NCBI GenBank assembly: GCA_965221955.1
Contig: CBDCTA010000017.1
Span: forward strand, 1-64,000
DNA from: Gammaproteobacteria bacterium
Lineage (GTDB): Bacteria; Pseudomonadota; Gammaproteobacteria; UBA4575
Reading direction: 5' to 3'
Length of the DNA: 64,000 nt
Notes under the pieces: model-generated
The model's database searches: none
The model's input: only the letters and a program-made list of their open reading frames with translations
Told to the model about the DNA's origin: nothing
Position numbers and translations under genes: made by a program
Part shown: positions 54,170 through 64,000 of the stretch, one piece after another
Numbering within the stretch: position 1 is the stretch's first letter
How the letters are laid out: every line of letters starts with the position of its first letter

Positions 54170-56002
54170 CAAAAAGCCCATTGATTTTCTAGATTTTCTA
54201 CAATTTTTTCGCCTAATGTTTTCTCTAATTCTGATTTATAGTCATTGTTAAGAATTGAGGTTTGTGGATTATCATAAAGCATTTGTAAAACAACCTATAA
54301 TTTTGATAGTTCAATATCGTATCGGCCCATTCTTTCAATCCAGCAATATACTTGTTGTTACTGTAACACTAGGGATATCTATCAATTAGAACATTTATTG
54401 CATCTACATAAATATTAATATCTATTAAATCTTCAATTGTACAATCTTCACCAATAGAATCAATATTAAGTATTAAATTTACAATACCTGTCACTTTCCT
54501 AACTCTTTACGTAAATTTTCTCCTCCAGGATCACAGTCAACTAGATACGCTACTGAGTACCAAGAGCATCTAACTTTGGTAAATCTTTTGACTTTACATT
54601 TGCTAACCCAGGAACAATTTGAAAACCTAGATGCTCTACACTTGCTTCCTAAAAAGAGTTGTAATAAAATCATTTCTGTTATCCCCTCAACAACTAGAGC
54701 TTTACGTGTTGGGAAAAATGCAAGTGTTTTTGCGCCCATACCTATCAATATAGGCATAAACCCAAGATCTTTACTTGCCCAAAATTTATTGATTATTTTG
54801 CTTTCAAGATCAACCTCATTTGTTGAAGACACCATCTAACAGAGTTCCTAAATCTTCAGGCAGGCAGCCTGCAGAATGTGTTTAAACAATTTTTGAGGCA
54901 ATCTTTTGCCTTGCAAACATTTGTATCAAAGCTTGGCCATCATAATGTAAATGTTGTTCAGCCTCGTCAACTAAAAGATTGGCAATAGTTAAATCTCGTG
55001 AAGTAAATGCTCTCAATGCAACAAACTGCCTAAGGCCATCACTTCTTTCAGTTAAGGTTGAAATCTTTTTCGAATCTGCATATTTAATATGAATTTTTAA
55101 AAGTTCGCTTTCCACATAAAATGCTACTTCTATATAGACTGTGACCATGTTTTTCTAAATACTTTTTCTAAATTTCGATTTGCATCTTCTATAATCTGTT
55201 GTATTTCCGCAGATGATTTTTTCTTAATAGCATCATTTAAATACTTAAATCTTCACCATTACTATTAGATCCAATGGCTTTGGAGGAGCTGATACAACTT
55301 GATCAACGACATACTCCTTTTAATTCTCTTTGTTCATTTGTGAAATCAAGTATTGCCGGCAACCTTTGCTTAAGTATATTTTCAGCAAATTTTGTTGGAT
55401 TTAGTTTCTTTTCCAACTCAGCAGTTTCTTTTAATTTATCAGGTAATTCTTTTGCTGCAGCAGGTGCTTTTTTTGATAAATGAGTCTCCAAAAAATAGAA
55501 GAGAGACTTTCCATACTATTTGTAACACCAGTGCCTAGATCCTCAGCTTCTGTAGCTATTTGTTTTGCTAAAGTTTCTTTATATATTTTCGTTGACCTTT
55601 TCAAGATCCTTTATTACTTGTTTACTTTTTAATACAACTTCAATGTCTTTTGGTCTCTATGAGAAATTTCACGTACATTTGGTTTAGGATCAAACACGTA
55701 GCTCCTTTGACCATTCTTACTTTTTTCGACACGAAGCCAAGTAGAAACGTTTAAATTTGCGTCCTTGAATCAGATTCATTTAAGTAATAATTGCCAACTA
55801 TCCTAGTTTCATCGTGGTCTCCCCTGGGAATATCTAATGGGTTGATAGGTTCATTATTATCTAAATGTTGAATTGCCTGTAGCACGGTACTTTTCCCAGC
55901 CTCATTCCGACCAAGTAATGCAATTAATTTGCCTGTTAAGGCAAGTTTTGACGCTTGCCTAAATCTTCTAAATCCACAAATTTCGACTGAAAATAATTCC
56001 CT
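54170..56002 (-). pseudogene. fragmented OLD-family ATP-dependent nuclease (ABC ATPase plus TOPRIM)
   Basis: Fragments in several frames: ICGFRRF...LLGRNEAGKST (Walker A), SDGLRQF, LVDEAEQHLH (Walker B), THSAGCLP, VVEGITE (TOPRIM Glu), LVDCDPGG (DxD); ends approximate. Confidence 0.75.
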
Positions 56003-56060
56003 TTACTAATTTTTAACTCGTTAATTTAATATTGTTGGTTTTAACCCAACCAATAGATTT

Positions 56061-56249
56061 TTATAACAGCGCATTACATCACACTGAGAAGCGCAAGATA
56101 TTTTCAGATTAAGGCGAGCAGTGTTTGAGCATAGCGAGTTTGCGAAGCCGCTGAAAATATCGAGCATCGCAAGATCAAGTGATGTTAGCTCAAATGGTTT
56201 TGGGAACTGCCGTAACAAAAGTTCCTCGACCCTGGGTTCGAGAACCCAG
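56061..56249. repeat. structured non-coding element with nested inverted repeats (MITE/REP-like)
   Basis: ACATCAC/GTGATGT (56076/56179), GATATTTTCAG/CTGAAAATATC (56097/56151), GGAACT/AGTTCC, CTGGGTTC/GAACCCAG (56232-56249). Confidence 0.55.
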
Positions 56250-56319
56250 CAACAAAATAAAAACAACAACCATGCTATTCCCCCTCAACCTTCGTTTAAA
56301 AACTCTTCCGCAACAGAAA

Positions 56320-57639
56320 TTATGCTCCTGCAAAGCACTTCCACCCTCCATGGCGGTCGTTCTTAAAGCCCGTGCTTGCTTGCAATATACCAGTCTCTCC
56401 CTCCGTCCTTCCAATAATCACCGCCCCACATGAATCACTAAACACATTCACTGCGGTTCTGCACATATCCAACACTCTATCCACCGCCAATATCAAACCA
56501 ATCCCTTCCGCTGGCAAACCTATAGCAGCCAAGATAATCGCAATGGCCACTAAACTTGCAGAAGGAATGCCTGCTACACCAATGGAGGTCATGAGCGCCA
56601 AAATAACAATCGTTACTTGCATACCTATAGTTAAATCCAGCCCATACGCTTGTGCAATAAAAATGGCTGCAACACATTCATACAATGCAGTGCCATCCAT
56701 ATTCACTGTGGCACCGAGTGGTAATACAAAACTGGTAACCCTATTTGAAACCCCTGCACGGTCCTCCACACAATCAATCGTCACCGGAAGCGTTGCGGAA
56801 GAGGATGCAGTAGAAAACGCAGTGAGTAACGCCGGCGCCATGGCTTGGTAATGTTTTAGCGGACTGACACCACCCACAAAACGCAATAACAATGGCATAA
56901 CGATCACAATATGGATGAGCAGTGCGATAATTACAGTAAAGAAAAATACTAACAGCGGTTTAAACGCATCAAAGCCTGAAACCGTGACCACTTTTGCAAC
57001 GAGTGCAAACACTCCGATGGGCGCAAATTTCATTACTAAATCTGTAATGAGCATCATCACATCAAACACACCTTGCCAAAACGTTTGCAGCACTTTTTGT
57101 GTGTCGAGTTTTATGCGCGTCATAAAAAAACCAAACAACAAGCTGAAAAAGATGATGCCGAGCATTTGACCTTCTGCGGCGGCATGCACAATGTTAGTAG
57201 GAATCATGCGTAGGAAAATGCCTACAACATCTCCTGCTGTTTTACCTTCAACTTTTTCCATCACCTCACTGGTGTCTGCACTGAGGCCCAACATATCTTT
57301 TGCAGGCTCGCCATCTACTATGCCGGGTTGAACCACATTGACGACTGCAATACCAATTAAAATTGCGAAGGTGCTGGTGAGCACATAGTAACCAAGTGTT
57401 TTGCCTCCTAAACGCCCAAATGATTCACCTGAACCTAAGTTGCTGACCCCCATAATGATGGAGGAGACAATCAACGGCACGATGATCATCTTCAAGGCAT
57501 TGAGGAAAAGTTTGCCGACGAAATCGAAAACTGAAACGAGTGATATACCGAAAATGCTTGTATCAGGGCTAACTAACCAACCGACAAGCACGGCAAGGAG
57601 CAGTGCGATTAAAATTTGCCAATGGAGCTTAAGCTGCAT
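56320..57639 (-). CDS. dicarboxylate/amino acid:cation symporter (DAACS, GltP-like)
   Basis: AFSTASSSATLP, PLGATVNMDGTA, DRVLDMCRTAVNV. Confidence 0.95.
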   Translation of the reverse strand: MQLKLHWQILIALLLAVLVGWLVSPDTSIFGISLVSVFDFVGKLFLNALKMIIVPLIVSSIIMGVSNLGSGESFGRLGGKTLGYYVLTSTFAILIGIAVVNVVQPGIVDGEPAKDMLGLSADTSEVMEKVEGKTAGDVVGIFLRMIPTNIVHAAAEGQMLGIIFFSLLFGFFMTRIKLDTQKVLQTFWQGVFDVMMLITDLVMKFAPIGVFALVAKVVTVSGFDAFKPLLVFFFTVIIALLIHIVIVMPLLLRFVGGVSPLKHYQAMAPALLTAFSTASSSATLPVTIDCVEDRAGVSNRVTSFVLPLGATVNMDGTALYECVAAIFIAQAYGLDLTIGMQVTIVILALMTSIGVAGIPSASLVAIAIILAAIGLPAEGIGLILAVDRVLDMCRTAVNVFSDSCGAVIIGRTEGETGILQASTGFKNDRHGGWKCFAGA

Positions 57640-57696
57640 GGGGGCCTAGTATATAGAAAAACGATCTAGAAGACCTGACAATACTAGAAATTAGAT

Positions 57697-59610
57697 TTAT
57701 TGAGATATGACTTGGCTTTCGAAGATTTTGACATCGCCTTCGGCTTTGATGGCATCAATCACTGCTGAAAATTCACGACGACCATAATTTACGCGCTGCG
57801 AAAGTTGTTGAGCTTTAGCGTCGTCCACCTCTGCTGATCCAGGCGTAACCGCACTTAATTCAATCAGCGCAAAACTACCATCTGCTTGCGCAACACCTTC
57901 TGCACTGGTTTTACCTTCTGCAGGTTTTGGCATTGAGAAGGCACGATCACTAATTTGAAATGGCACGCGATTGTCGTCACGGCGGATTGCGCCATGCCCA
58001 ACCACTTCTAAGTTATTTTCACTCGCGAGTGTATCTAGACTTGCGCCGCCTTTGAGTTTTAAGAATAGTTCAGAACCTTGTTTGCTCGCATTCTCTGCTG
58101 CTTTGCGAATCCTTAACAAATTTTTAATATCATCGCTTATCTCTGCAAGCGGTTGTTGTTCTGATACTTTATGTTCCGTCACACGAAATGCGATGGCATG
58201 ACCATCTGCTACTTGAATTAAATCACTGTTCAGTTTTTCAACCAGCACGTCATCTGAAAAGGCTAGGTTTTTAATTTTCGGATAAGCAAAAATGCCATCA
58301 TTATCATTAGAAGTTAAGAATTCCGTTTGTTTGATAGGTAAATCAAAACTTTCTGAGGCTTCTTCTAAGTCATCCGGTTGTTCAACCACGAGGTTCGCGA
58401 TTTCATCTGCAATTTCAATAAAGCGTGCTTGCGCAAGTTGGCCTTTGCGTTCGTTGATAATTTTTTCACGAACAGATTCAAATGGCTGTTGTTTTGGTTC
58501 TTCAATTTCTACGAGTTGTAGTATTTGCACGCCCTGCTCTGTACGCACAGGTTTACTATTCTCTCCAATTTCAAGAGCAAATAATGCATCTTCTAAATCT
58601 TTGCTCGTGAAATCGCCTGGTGCGATAAAGCCCATGTCACCACCTTTTTCTGCCGACAAGGTATCTTCAGAATGTTGTTTCGCGAGTTCAGCAAAATCTG
58701 CGCCGTCTTTTAATTGTTGAACAAGACCATTTGCCTTTTCCATGGCTTCGTCCCACTCAATGGCATCTGCACCAAGCTCGCTAGGTACCTTAAACATAAT
58801 ATGACGTGCTTTGCGCAACTCTGCTGACATATAACGCTCAAGCTGAGCTTCGTAAATGCTTTTTGCCTCATCCGTACTTACATTGATGCTATCGGCAATG
58901 TCTTGCTCTTTGAGTTCTACGTAAGCCAATTTCACTTGCTCAGGCGTTTGAAAGAACTGTTGGTTTTCGTTGTAATACTTTTCAATTTCTTCTTCGCTTA
59001 CTGTAACTTCATCTGGTTGTACGCTGACTAATGCATATTTAAAGTCACGTGTTTGTTCTGTGATGGATTGAAAGCGTTGTAGTTCTGACTTGGGGATAAA
59101 AGACGAAGCGGCTAAAGCGTTTTCGAATTGGCGAAGCTTATCCTCTTCACGTAATTCATTTTCCCATTGCGCTTGATTCAAACGTTGTGAATCCAGTAAG
59201 CGTTTATATAGTTCTGGGTCAAACTTGCCGTCTTTTTGAAACTGTGGAATTTGTTGAATGCGTTTAATTAAACCGGTATCGCTAATTGCAAACCCTGCAT
59301 CATCCACTTCCTGGCGCAACAGTTCGGTTTGCACCATGTCTTGAACCACTTGCTGACGCAAGATGTTTTCATCTGGGTATTGCTGTTGATAATTTTCACC
59401 CAGAATGGATTGCAACATTTGTTTGCGTTGCTGAACTTGTTGGTTTAATTGTGCTGAAGTGATGTCATTACCATTAATCGTAGCGACAGGTCGCGCAGGG
59501 CCGCCACCAAAGTATTCTCCAATGCCCCATAGAGCAAAGGACAAAATTAAAAGGCCAATAATGATATAGGCCACCCAACTGGTGGCCCTATCTCGAATAT
59601 CTTGCAACAT
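57697..59610 (-). CDS. ppiD: peptidyl-prolyl isomerase PpiD (SurA N-terminal plus parvulin domain)
   Basis: N-terminal TM, RHIMF, FAELAKQHSED..SA.KGGDMG; follows hupB and tRNAs. Confidence 0.92.
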   Translation of the reverse strand: MLQDIRDRATSWVAYIIIGLLILSFALWGIGEYFGGGPARPVATINGNDITSAQLNQQVQQRKQMLQSILGENYQQQYPDENILRQQVVQDMVQTELLRQEVDDAGFAISDTGLIKRIQQIPQFQKDGKFDPELYKRLLDSQRLNQAQWENELREEDKLRQFENALAASSFIPKSELQRFQSITEQTRDFKYALVSVQPDEVTVSEEEIEKYYNENQQFFQTPEQVKLAYVELKEQDIADSINVSTDEAKSIYEAQLERYMSAELRKARHIMFKVPSELGADAIEWDEAMEKANGLVQQLKDGADFAELAKQHSEDTLSAEKGGDMGFIAPGDFTSKDLEDALFALEIGENSKPVRTEQGVQILQLVEIEEPKQQPFESVREKIINERKGQLAQARFIEIADEIANLVVEQPDDLEEASESFDLPIKQTEFLTSNDNDGIFAYPKIKNLAFSDDVLVEKLNSDLIQVADGHAIAFRVTEHKVSEQQPLAEISDDIKNLLRIRKAAENASKQGSELFLKLKGGASLDTLASENNLEVVGHGAIRRDDNRVPFQISDRAFSMPKPAEGKTSAEGVAQADGSFALIELSAVTPGSAEVDDAKAQQLSQRVNYGRREFSAVIDAIKAEGDVKIFESQVISQ

Positions 59611-59708
59611 GATTACGTTACTTTTTCTACTTTTCTCACTATTCAGCTGTCACACATGCATTCTGGTAATGCATGCTGATGGGTCGCTATTTATTTTTTG
59701 GGAATAAA

Positions 59709-59785
59709 TGGCGGAGTGGACGGGATTCGAACCCGCGACCCCCGGCGTGACAGGCCGGTATTCTAACCAGCTGAACTACCACTCC
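59709..59785 (-). tRNA. tRNA-Asp(GTC)
   Basis: GGAGTGGTAGTTCAGCTGGTTAGAATACCGGCCTGTCACGCCGG...GTTCGAATCCCGTCCACTCCGCCA. Confidence 0.97.
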
Positions 59786-59793
59786 GTCATGCT

Positions 59794-59869
59794 TGGTGGG
59801 TGCTGAGGGATTCGAACCCCCGACATCCGCCTTGTAAGGGCGACGCTCTACCAGCTGAGCTAAGCACCC
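59794..59869 (-). tRNA. tRNA-Val(TAC)
   Basis: GGGTGCTTAGCTCAGCTGGTAGAGCGTCGCCCTTACAAGGCG...TTCGAATCCCTCAGCACCCACCA. Confidence 0.97.
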
Positions 59870-59880
59870 CAAAAGGCGCG

Positions 59881-60153
59881 CTAGTTTACGGCATCCTTCA
59901 AACCTTTGCCAGCCTTGAAGCTAGGTACTTTTGAAGCTGCAATTTGGATTGTCTCGCCGGTACGAGGGTTACGGCCTGTGCGGGCATTACGTTGCTTCAC
60001 CTGAAAGGTTCCAAAGCCTACTAATGAGACCGTATCACCACTTTTCAGTGTATTCGTGATGGAATCTATAACCGCATCCAGTGCACGTGCACCATCCGCT
60101 TTAGAAAGGCCTGCCGCTTCTGCTACGGCTTCTGCTAGTTCCGATTTATTCAT
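59881..60153 (-). CDS. hupB: DNA-binding protein HU
   Basis: [20 protein letters not shown]; downstream of lon. Confidence 0.96.
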   Translation of the reverse strand: MNKSELAEAVAEAAGLSKADGARALDAVIDSITNTLKSGDTVSLVGFGTFQVKQRNARTGRNPRTGETIQIAASKVPSFKAGKGLKDAVN

Positions 60154-60415
60154 TGAGCCATGCTCCCCTATATAGGTTGATACAGCCGGTTATAGCTGTA
60201 CGTTGACATAAATGTAAGAGACGGGTGTTCGCAAATCTCTGAGTGACCACACGAGATAGGCAAAGAACAGATTGTTGGTCGTTGTATATTGATGATCGCG
60301 TAGTTATTTAGATCATTGAACGCAAGTGTTATACCAAGCGCTTCCGAGGCGAGTCAACCAAGGAAACGCCTTTATTTACAACAAATTTACTTGAGAAAAC
60401 TCAACGAGTGTGCCT

Positions 60416-62860
60416 TCAATGAGCCTGAACTGGCTTGTTTTTAGCTCCGCCTTTTTTGCGTTTTGTTTGCATGCTATCGATCGTATCCGCATCATCAAGT
60501 GGTTCTGGCATCTTTACCAGTGCAACTTGAAGCACTTCATCAATCCACTGAACTGGAATGATTTCAAGCTTTTGCTTGATATTCTTCGGAATCTCACTTA
60601 AATCTTTTTCGTTTTCTTTAGGAATCAAAACGGTTTTGATTTCACCACGGTGAGCGGCCAAAAGCTTCTCTTTTAAGCCACCAATTGGTAGCACTTCTCC
60701 ACGTAAAGTGATCTCTCCGGTCATGGCAACATCTGCACGCACCGGGATTTTAGTAAGTGATGAAACGATCGCTGTAGTCATGCCAATACCTGCACTTGGG
60801 CCATCTTTCTTCACCGCACCCTCTGGCACGTGGATGTGAATATCGGCTTTTTCATAAAAATCCGACTCGATGCCAAGCACTGCTGCACGGCTGCGTACCA
60901 CGGTGTGGGCCACTTGAATGGATTCTTGCATAACATCTTCCAGCTGACCGGTGCGACTGGTTTTACCTTTACCTGGCACCACAACGGCTTCGATGGTCAG
61001 TAATTCACCACCGACTTCCGTCCATGCCAATCCGGTAACTTGACCGACTTGGTCATTATCTTCCGCTAAGCCGTAACGGAAACGTTTTACGCCAAGATAT
61101 TTTTCTAAGCTGCGTGGTGTGATAGTAATTTTAGATTTATCTTTACCTTTATCTAAGATAATTGACTTCACTACTTTGCGACAAATTTTTGAAATTTCGC
61201 GTTCTAAGTTACGCACACCGGCTTCACGGGTGTAATACCGAATAATGTCACGCACAGTTGATTCTGAAATTTGAATTTCATCTTCTTTAAGACCGTTCGC
61301 TTTCAGCGCTTTTGGCACAAGATAGCGAATCGCAATATTTTTCTTTTCATCTTCGGTATAACCCGGCAAACGAATCACTTCCATACGGTCTAACAAAGGA
61401 CCAGGAATATTCAATGTATTTGCGGTCGCCACAAACATGACATCGGATAAATCGTAATCTACTTCTAAGTAATGATCTGCAAACGTATGGTTTTGCTCTG
61501 GATCGAGCACTTCCAACATCGCCGATGCGGGATCGCCTCGAAAATCCATCGCCATTTTGTCTATTTCATCTAACAAAAATAACGGATTGCGCACTTCAAC
61601 CTTAGATAGATTCTGAATAATTTTACCCGGCAGTGATCCAATATAGGTTCTGCGGTGACCGCGAATCTCCGCTTCATCACGCACACCCCCTAAAGACATA
61701 CGCGAGAACTTGCGATTAGTTGCTCGCGCAATGGATTTACCAATTGAAGTTTTACCAACACCTGGAGGTCCAACTAAACAAAGAATCGGTCCTTTAGACT
61801 TTTTAACTCGTTGCTGTACGGCTAGGTATTCAAGAATTCGCTCTTTTACTTTTTCAAGCCCGTAATGATCTTCTTCTAAGATTTCTTCGGCTTTTACAAG
61901 ATCATTGCGTACCTTTGACTTTTTCTTCCAAGGCACACTTACAAGCCAATCAATATAGTTGCGCACCACCGTGGCCTCAGCAGACATGGGTGACATCATC
62001 TTTAATTTGTTTAGTTCGGTATCCGCTTTTTCTTTCGCCTCTTTCGACATACCTGCTTTTTCAATCTTCTCAGCCAGTTCATCGACTTCATTAGGCGCTT
62101 CTTCCAATTCACCCAGCTCTTTTTGAATGGCTTTCATTTGCTCATTCAAATAATACTCACGCTGAGATTTTTCCATTTGTTGTTTAACACGACCACGGAT
62201 ACGTTTTTCAATTTGTAAAACGTCTAACTCGCCTTCGATTAAACTAATAAGGTGTTCTAAACGAAGCTGTACAGTTCTGATTTCCAACACATGTTGCTTT
62301 TCATCTAGCTTTAACGACATGTGTGCCGCAATGGTATCTGCAAGACGTGAAGGTTCATCAATACCTGCTAACGAAGTTAAAACTTCCGGGGGTACTTTTT
62401 TGTTTAGCTTTACGTATTGTTCAAATAAATTGGTTACAGAGCGTGCCAATACTTCAAGTTCTTTATCGTCTTCTGTGTCATCACTTTCAATTAAAGCAAT
62501 ATTAGCACTGTAAAATTCTTGATCATCTAAATAACGTGTAACTTCTGCACGCTCTACACCTTCTACTAGCACTTTGATCGTGCCATCAGGAAGTTTAAGT
62601 AATTGCAGAATGGTTGAGAGTGTTCCGATTTGGTGGATCTCATCAATCTGTGGATCATCAATTTCAGCACTCTTTTGTGCAACCAATAAAATTTGTTTGT
62701 TATCCGACATCGCCGCATCCAACGCTTGAATGGATTTTTCACGGCCGACAAACAAAGGAATGACCATGTGCGGATACACCACGACATCGCGTAGTGGTAG
62801 CACGGGTACTGTCTGGTTAGACATTATTGGGGTGTCCTTTGATATTGAATCTTCACTCAT
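60416..62860 (-). CDS. lon: Lon protease
   Basis: [29 protein letters not shown]. Confidence 0.99.
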   Translation of the reverse strand: MSEDSISKDTPIMSNQTVPVLPLRDVVVYPHMVIPLFVGREKSIQALDAAMSDNKQILLVAQKSAEIDDPQIDEIHQIGTLSTILQLLKLPDGTIKVLVEGVERAEVTRYLDDQEFYSANIALIESDDTEDDKELEVLARSVTNLFEQYVKLNKKVPPEVLTSLAGIDEPSRLADTIAAHMSLKLDEKQHVLEIRTVQLRLEHLISLIEGELDVLQIEKRIRGRVKQQMEKSQREYYLNEQMKAIQKELGELEEAPNEVDELAEKIEKAGMSKEAKEKADTELNKLKMMSPMSAEATVVRNYIDWLVSVPWKKKSKVRNDLVKAEEILEEDHYGLEKVKERILEYLAVQQRVKKSKGPILCLVGPPGVGKTSIGKSIARATNRKFSRMSLGGVRDEAEIRGHRRTYIGSLPGKIIQNLSKVEVRNPLFLLDEIDKMAMDFRGDPASAMLEVLDPEQNHTFADHYLEVDYDLSDVMFVATANTLNIPGPLLDRMEVIRLPGYTEDEKKNIAIRYLVPKALKANGLKEDEIQISESTVRDIIRYYTREAGVRNLEREISKICRKVVKSIILDKGKDKSKITITPRSLEKYLGVKRFRYGLAEDNDQVGQVTGLAWTEVGGELLTIEAVVVPGKGKTSRTGQLEDVMQESIQVAHTVVRSRAAVLGIESDFYEKADIHIHVPEGAVKKDGPSAGIGMTTAIVSSLTKIPVRADVAMTGEITLRGEVLPIGGLKEKLLAAHRGEIKTVLIPKENEKDLSEIPKNIKQKLEIIPVQWIDEVLQVALVKMPEPLDDADTIDSMQTKRKKGGAKNKPVQAH

Positions 62861-62945
62861 ATGTTTCGCTTACCTATTTAGGTGATGATTTAGTTGAATA
62901 AATCAATTAATAATGAAGTTAAGAGATATGGGTTGATACATCAAA

Positions 62946-62974
62946 ATATGGGGATATTTTGAAGGGAATTCAAG
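62946..62974 (-). promoter_or_regulatory. putative sigma32 promoter of lon
   Basis: Minus strand CTTGAA-N15-CCCCATAT. Confidence 0.75.
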
Positions 62975-63039
62975 GTCAGCAAGGCTGACTGTGTACATAA
63001 TTGAGCTCAAAAGAGTCAATTTGCTCAAAATTTGAACAT

Positions 63040-64000
63040 TTAGTCGTCCGACGCAGCCTTTTCGTATTCACTGCCTTCATAAATCAGATACGGCTTCGAA
63101 TCGCCCAAAATCACGCCCTCATCGACCACTACCTTACTGATGCTATCTTGCGAAGGTAAGTCGTACATAGTGTCGAGTAAAACGTTTTCTAGAATGGTTC
63201 GTAGACCTCTAGCACCAGTTTTACGATCCATGGCTTTGCGTGCCACGGCGTACAAGGCGTTTTCACGAAACTCGATATCCACGCCTTCCATTTCAAACAA
63301 GCGTTTGTATTGTTTGGTGATTGCATTTTTAGGTTCGGTAAGAATGCGTACCAAAGCTTCTTCATTTAGCTCTTCAAGAGTTGCCACAACGGGCAAGCGA
63401 CCCACAAACTCTGGAATCAATCCATAACGGATTAGGTCTTCCGGTTCTACGTTATGCAGAATCTCACCAATGTTTTCACGATTGTCTTTACTACGCACTT
63501 CTGCAGCGAAGCCAATGCCGCCTTTTTCAGTACGATCACGAATGACTTTATCTAAACCTGCAAACGCACCACCACAAATAAATAAAATGTTACTGGTATC
63601 TACTTGTAAAAATTCTTGTTGTGGATGTTTTCTACCACCTTGAGGAGGAACCGATGCAATGGTGCCCTCAATTAATTTAAGTAAAGCTTGTTGTACACCT
63701 TCACCTGAAACATCGCGTGTAATCGAAGGGTTGTCAGACTTGCGAGAAATTTTATCGATCTCATCGATGTAAACAATTCCAGTTTGCGCTTTATCTACAT
63801 CGTAATCACACTTCTGTAATAACTTTTGGATAATATTTTCTACATCTTCACCAACATAACCTGCTTCAGTAAGTGTGGTTGCATCAGCAATCGTAAATGG
63901 AACATTTAGCAAACGCGCTAAGGTTTCTGCAAGTAATGTTTTACCTGAACCAGTAGGACCTACTAAAAGAATATTACTCTTTGCAAGTTCAACTGCATTC
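63040..64000 (-). CDS. clpX: ATP-dependent Clp protease ATPase ClpX (5' end outside window)
   Basis: [15 protein letters not shown] at the window edge, [20 protein letters not shown] loop, TGARGLR. Confidence 0.98.
   Translation of the reverse strand, partial: NAVELAKSNILLVGPTGSGKTLLAETLARLLNVPFTIADATTLTEAGYVGEDVENIIQKLLQKCDYDVDKAQTGIVYIDEIDKISRKSDNPSITRDVSGEGVQQALLKLIEGTIASVPPQGGRKHPQQEFLQVDTSNILFICGGAFAGLDKVIRDRTEKGGIGFAAEVRSKDNRENIGEILHNVEPEDLIRYGLIPEFVGRLPVVATLEELNEEALVRILTEPKNAITKQYKRLFEMEGVDIEFRENALYAVARKAMDRKTGARGLRTILENVLLDTMYDLPSQDSISKVVVDEGVILGDSKPYLIYEGSEYEKAASDD

Noticed and set aside
56061-56190. Bona fide attC site
   Set aside because: It has a GTT end and a hairpin, but the complementary R'' box and L-box geometry are not convincing by eye; kept only as a structured repeat.
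56021-56433. Several overlapping 70-85 aa ORFs
   Set aside because: They span the structured repeat region in both strands with no coding signature.

Overview
Chromosomal segment of an AT-rich Gammaproteobacterium. Separate nuoC/nuoD, hrcA with a CIRCE operator and sigma32-type promoters point to a non-enteric, probably environmental or marine lineage (inference). Most of the window is core housekeeping genes: nuoABCDE, tRNA-Leu, secG, tpiA, glmM, ftsH, rlmE, greA, carAB, dapB, dnaKJ, grpE, hrcA, nadK, recN, bamE, ratAB, smpB, dnaQ, rnhA, mltD, a peptide ABC transporter, fabI, ppiD, tRNA-Asp/Val, hupB, lon and clpX. Three accessory patches interrupt it (about 15-19.2 kb, 35.7-40.4 kb and 47.7-57.6 kb). 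Several conserved genes carry single-base frameshifts, mostly in homopolymers, most likely long-read assembly errors. The most striking unexplained structure involves two unrelated single genes about 23 kb apart: a 165-aa membrane protein and a delta-class carbonic anhydrase. Each is bracketed by directly oriented 28-bp palindromic sites (ATGWYYGCT-N10-AGCRGWCAT; one site is split by an insertion). Each is also preceded, at the same spacing, by the same ~57-bp 'platform'. These flanks are rich in C-ANGGAN-G hexaloop hairpins, the CsrA/RsmA binding motif, with compensatory stem changes. This looks like a non-integron gene-cassette system; no recombinase is encoded in the window.
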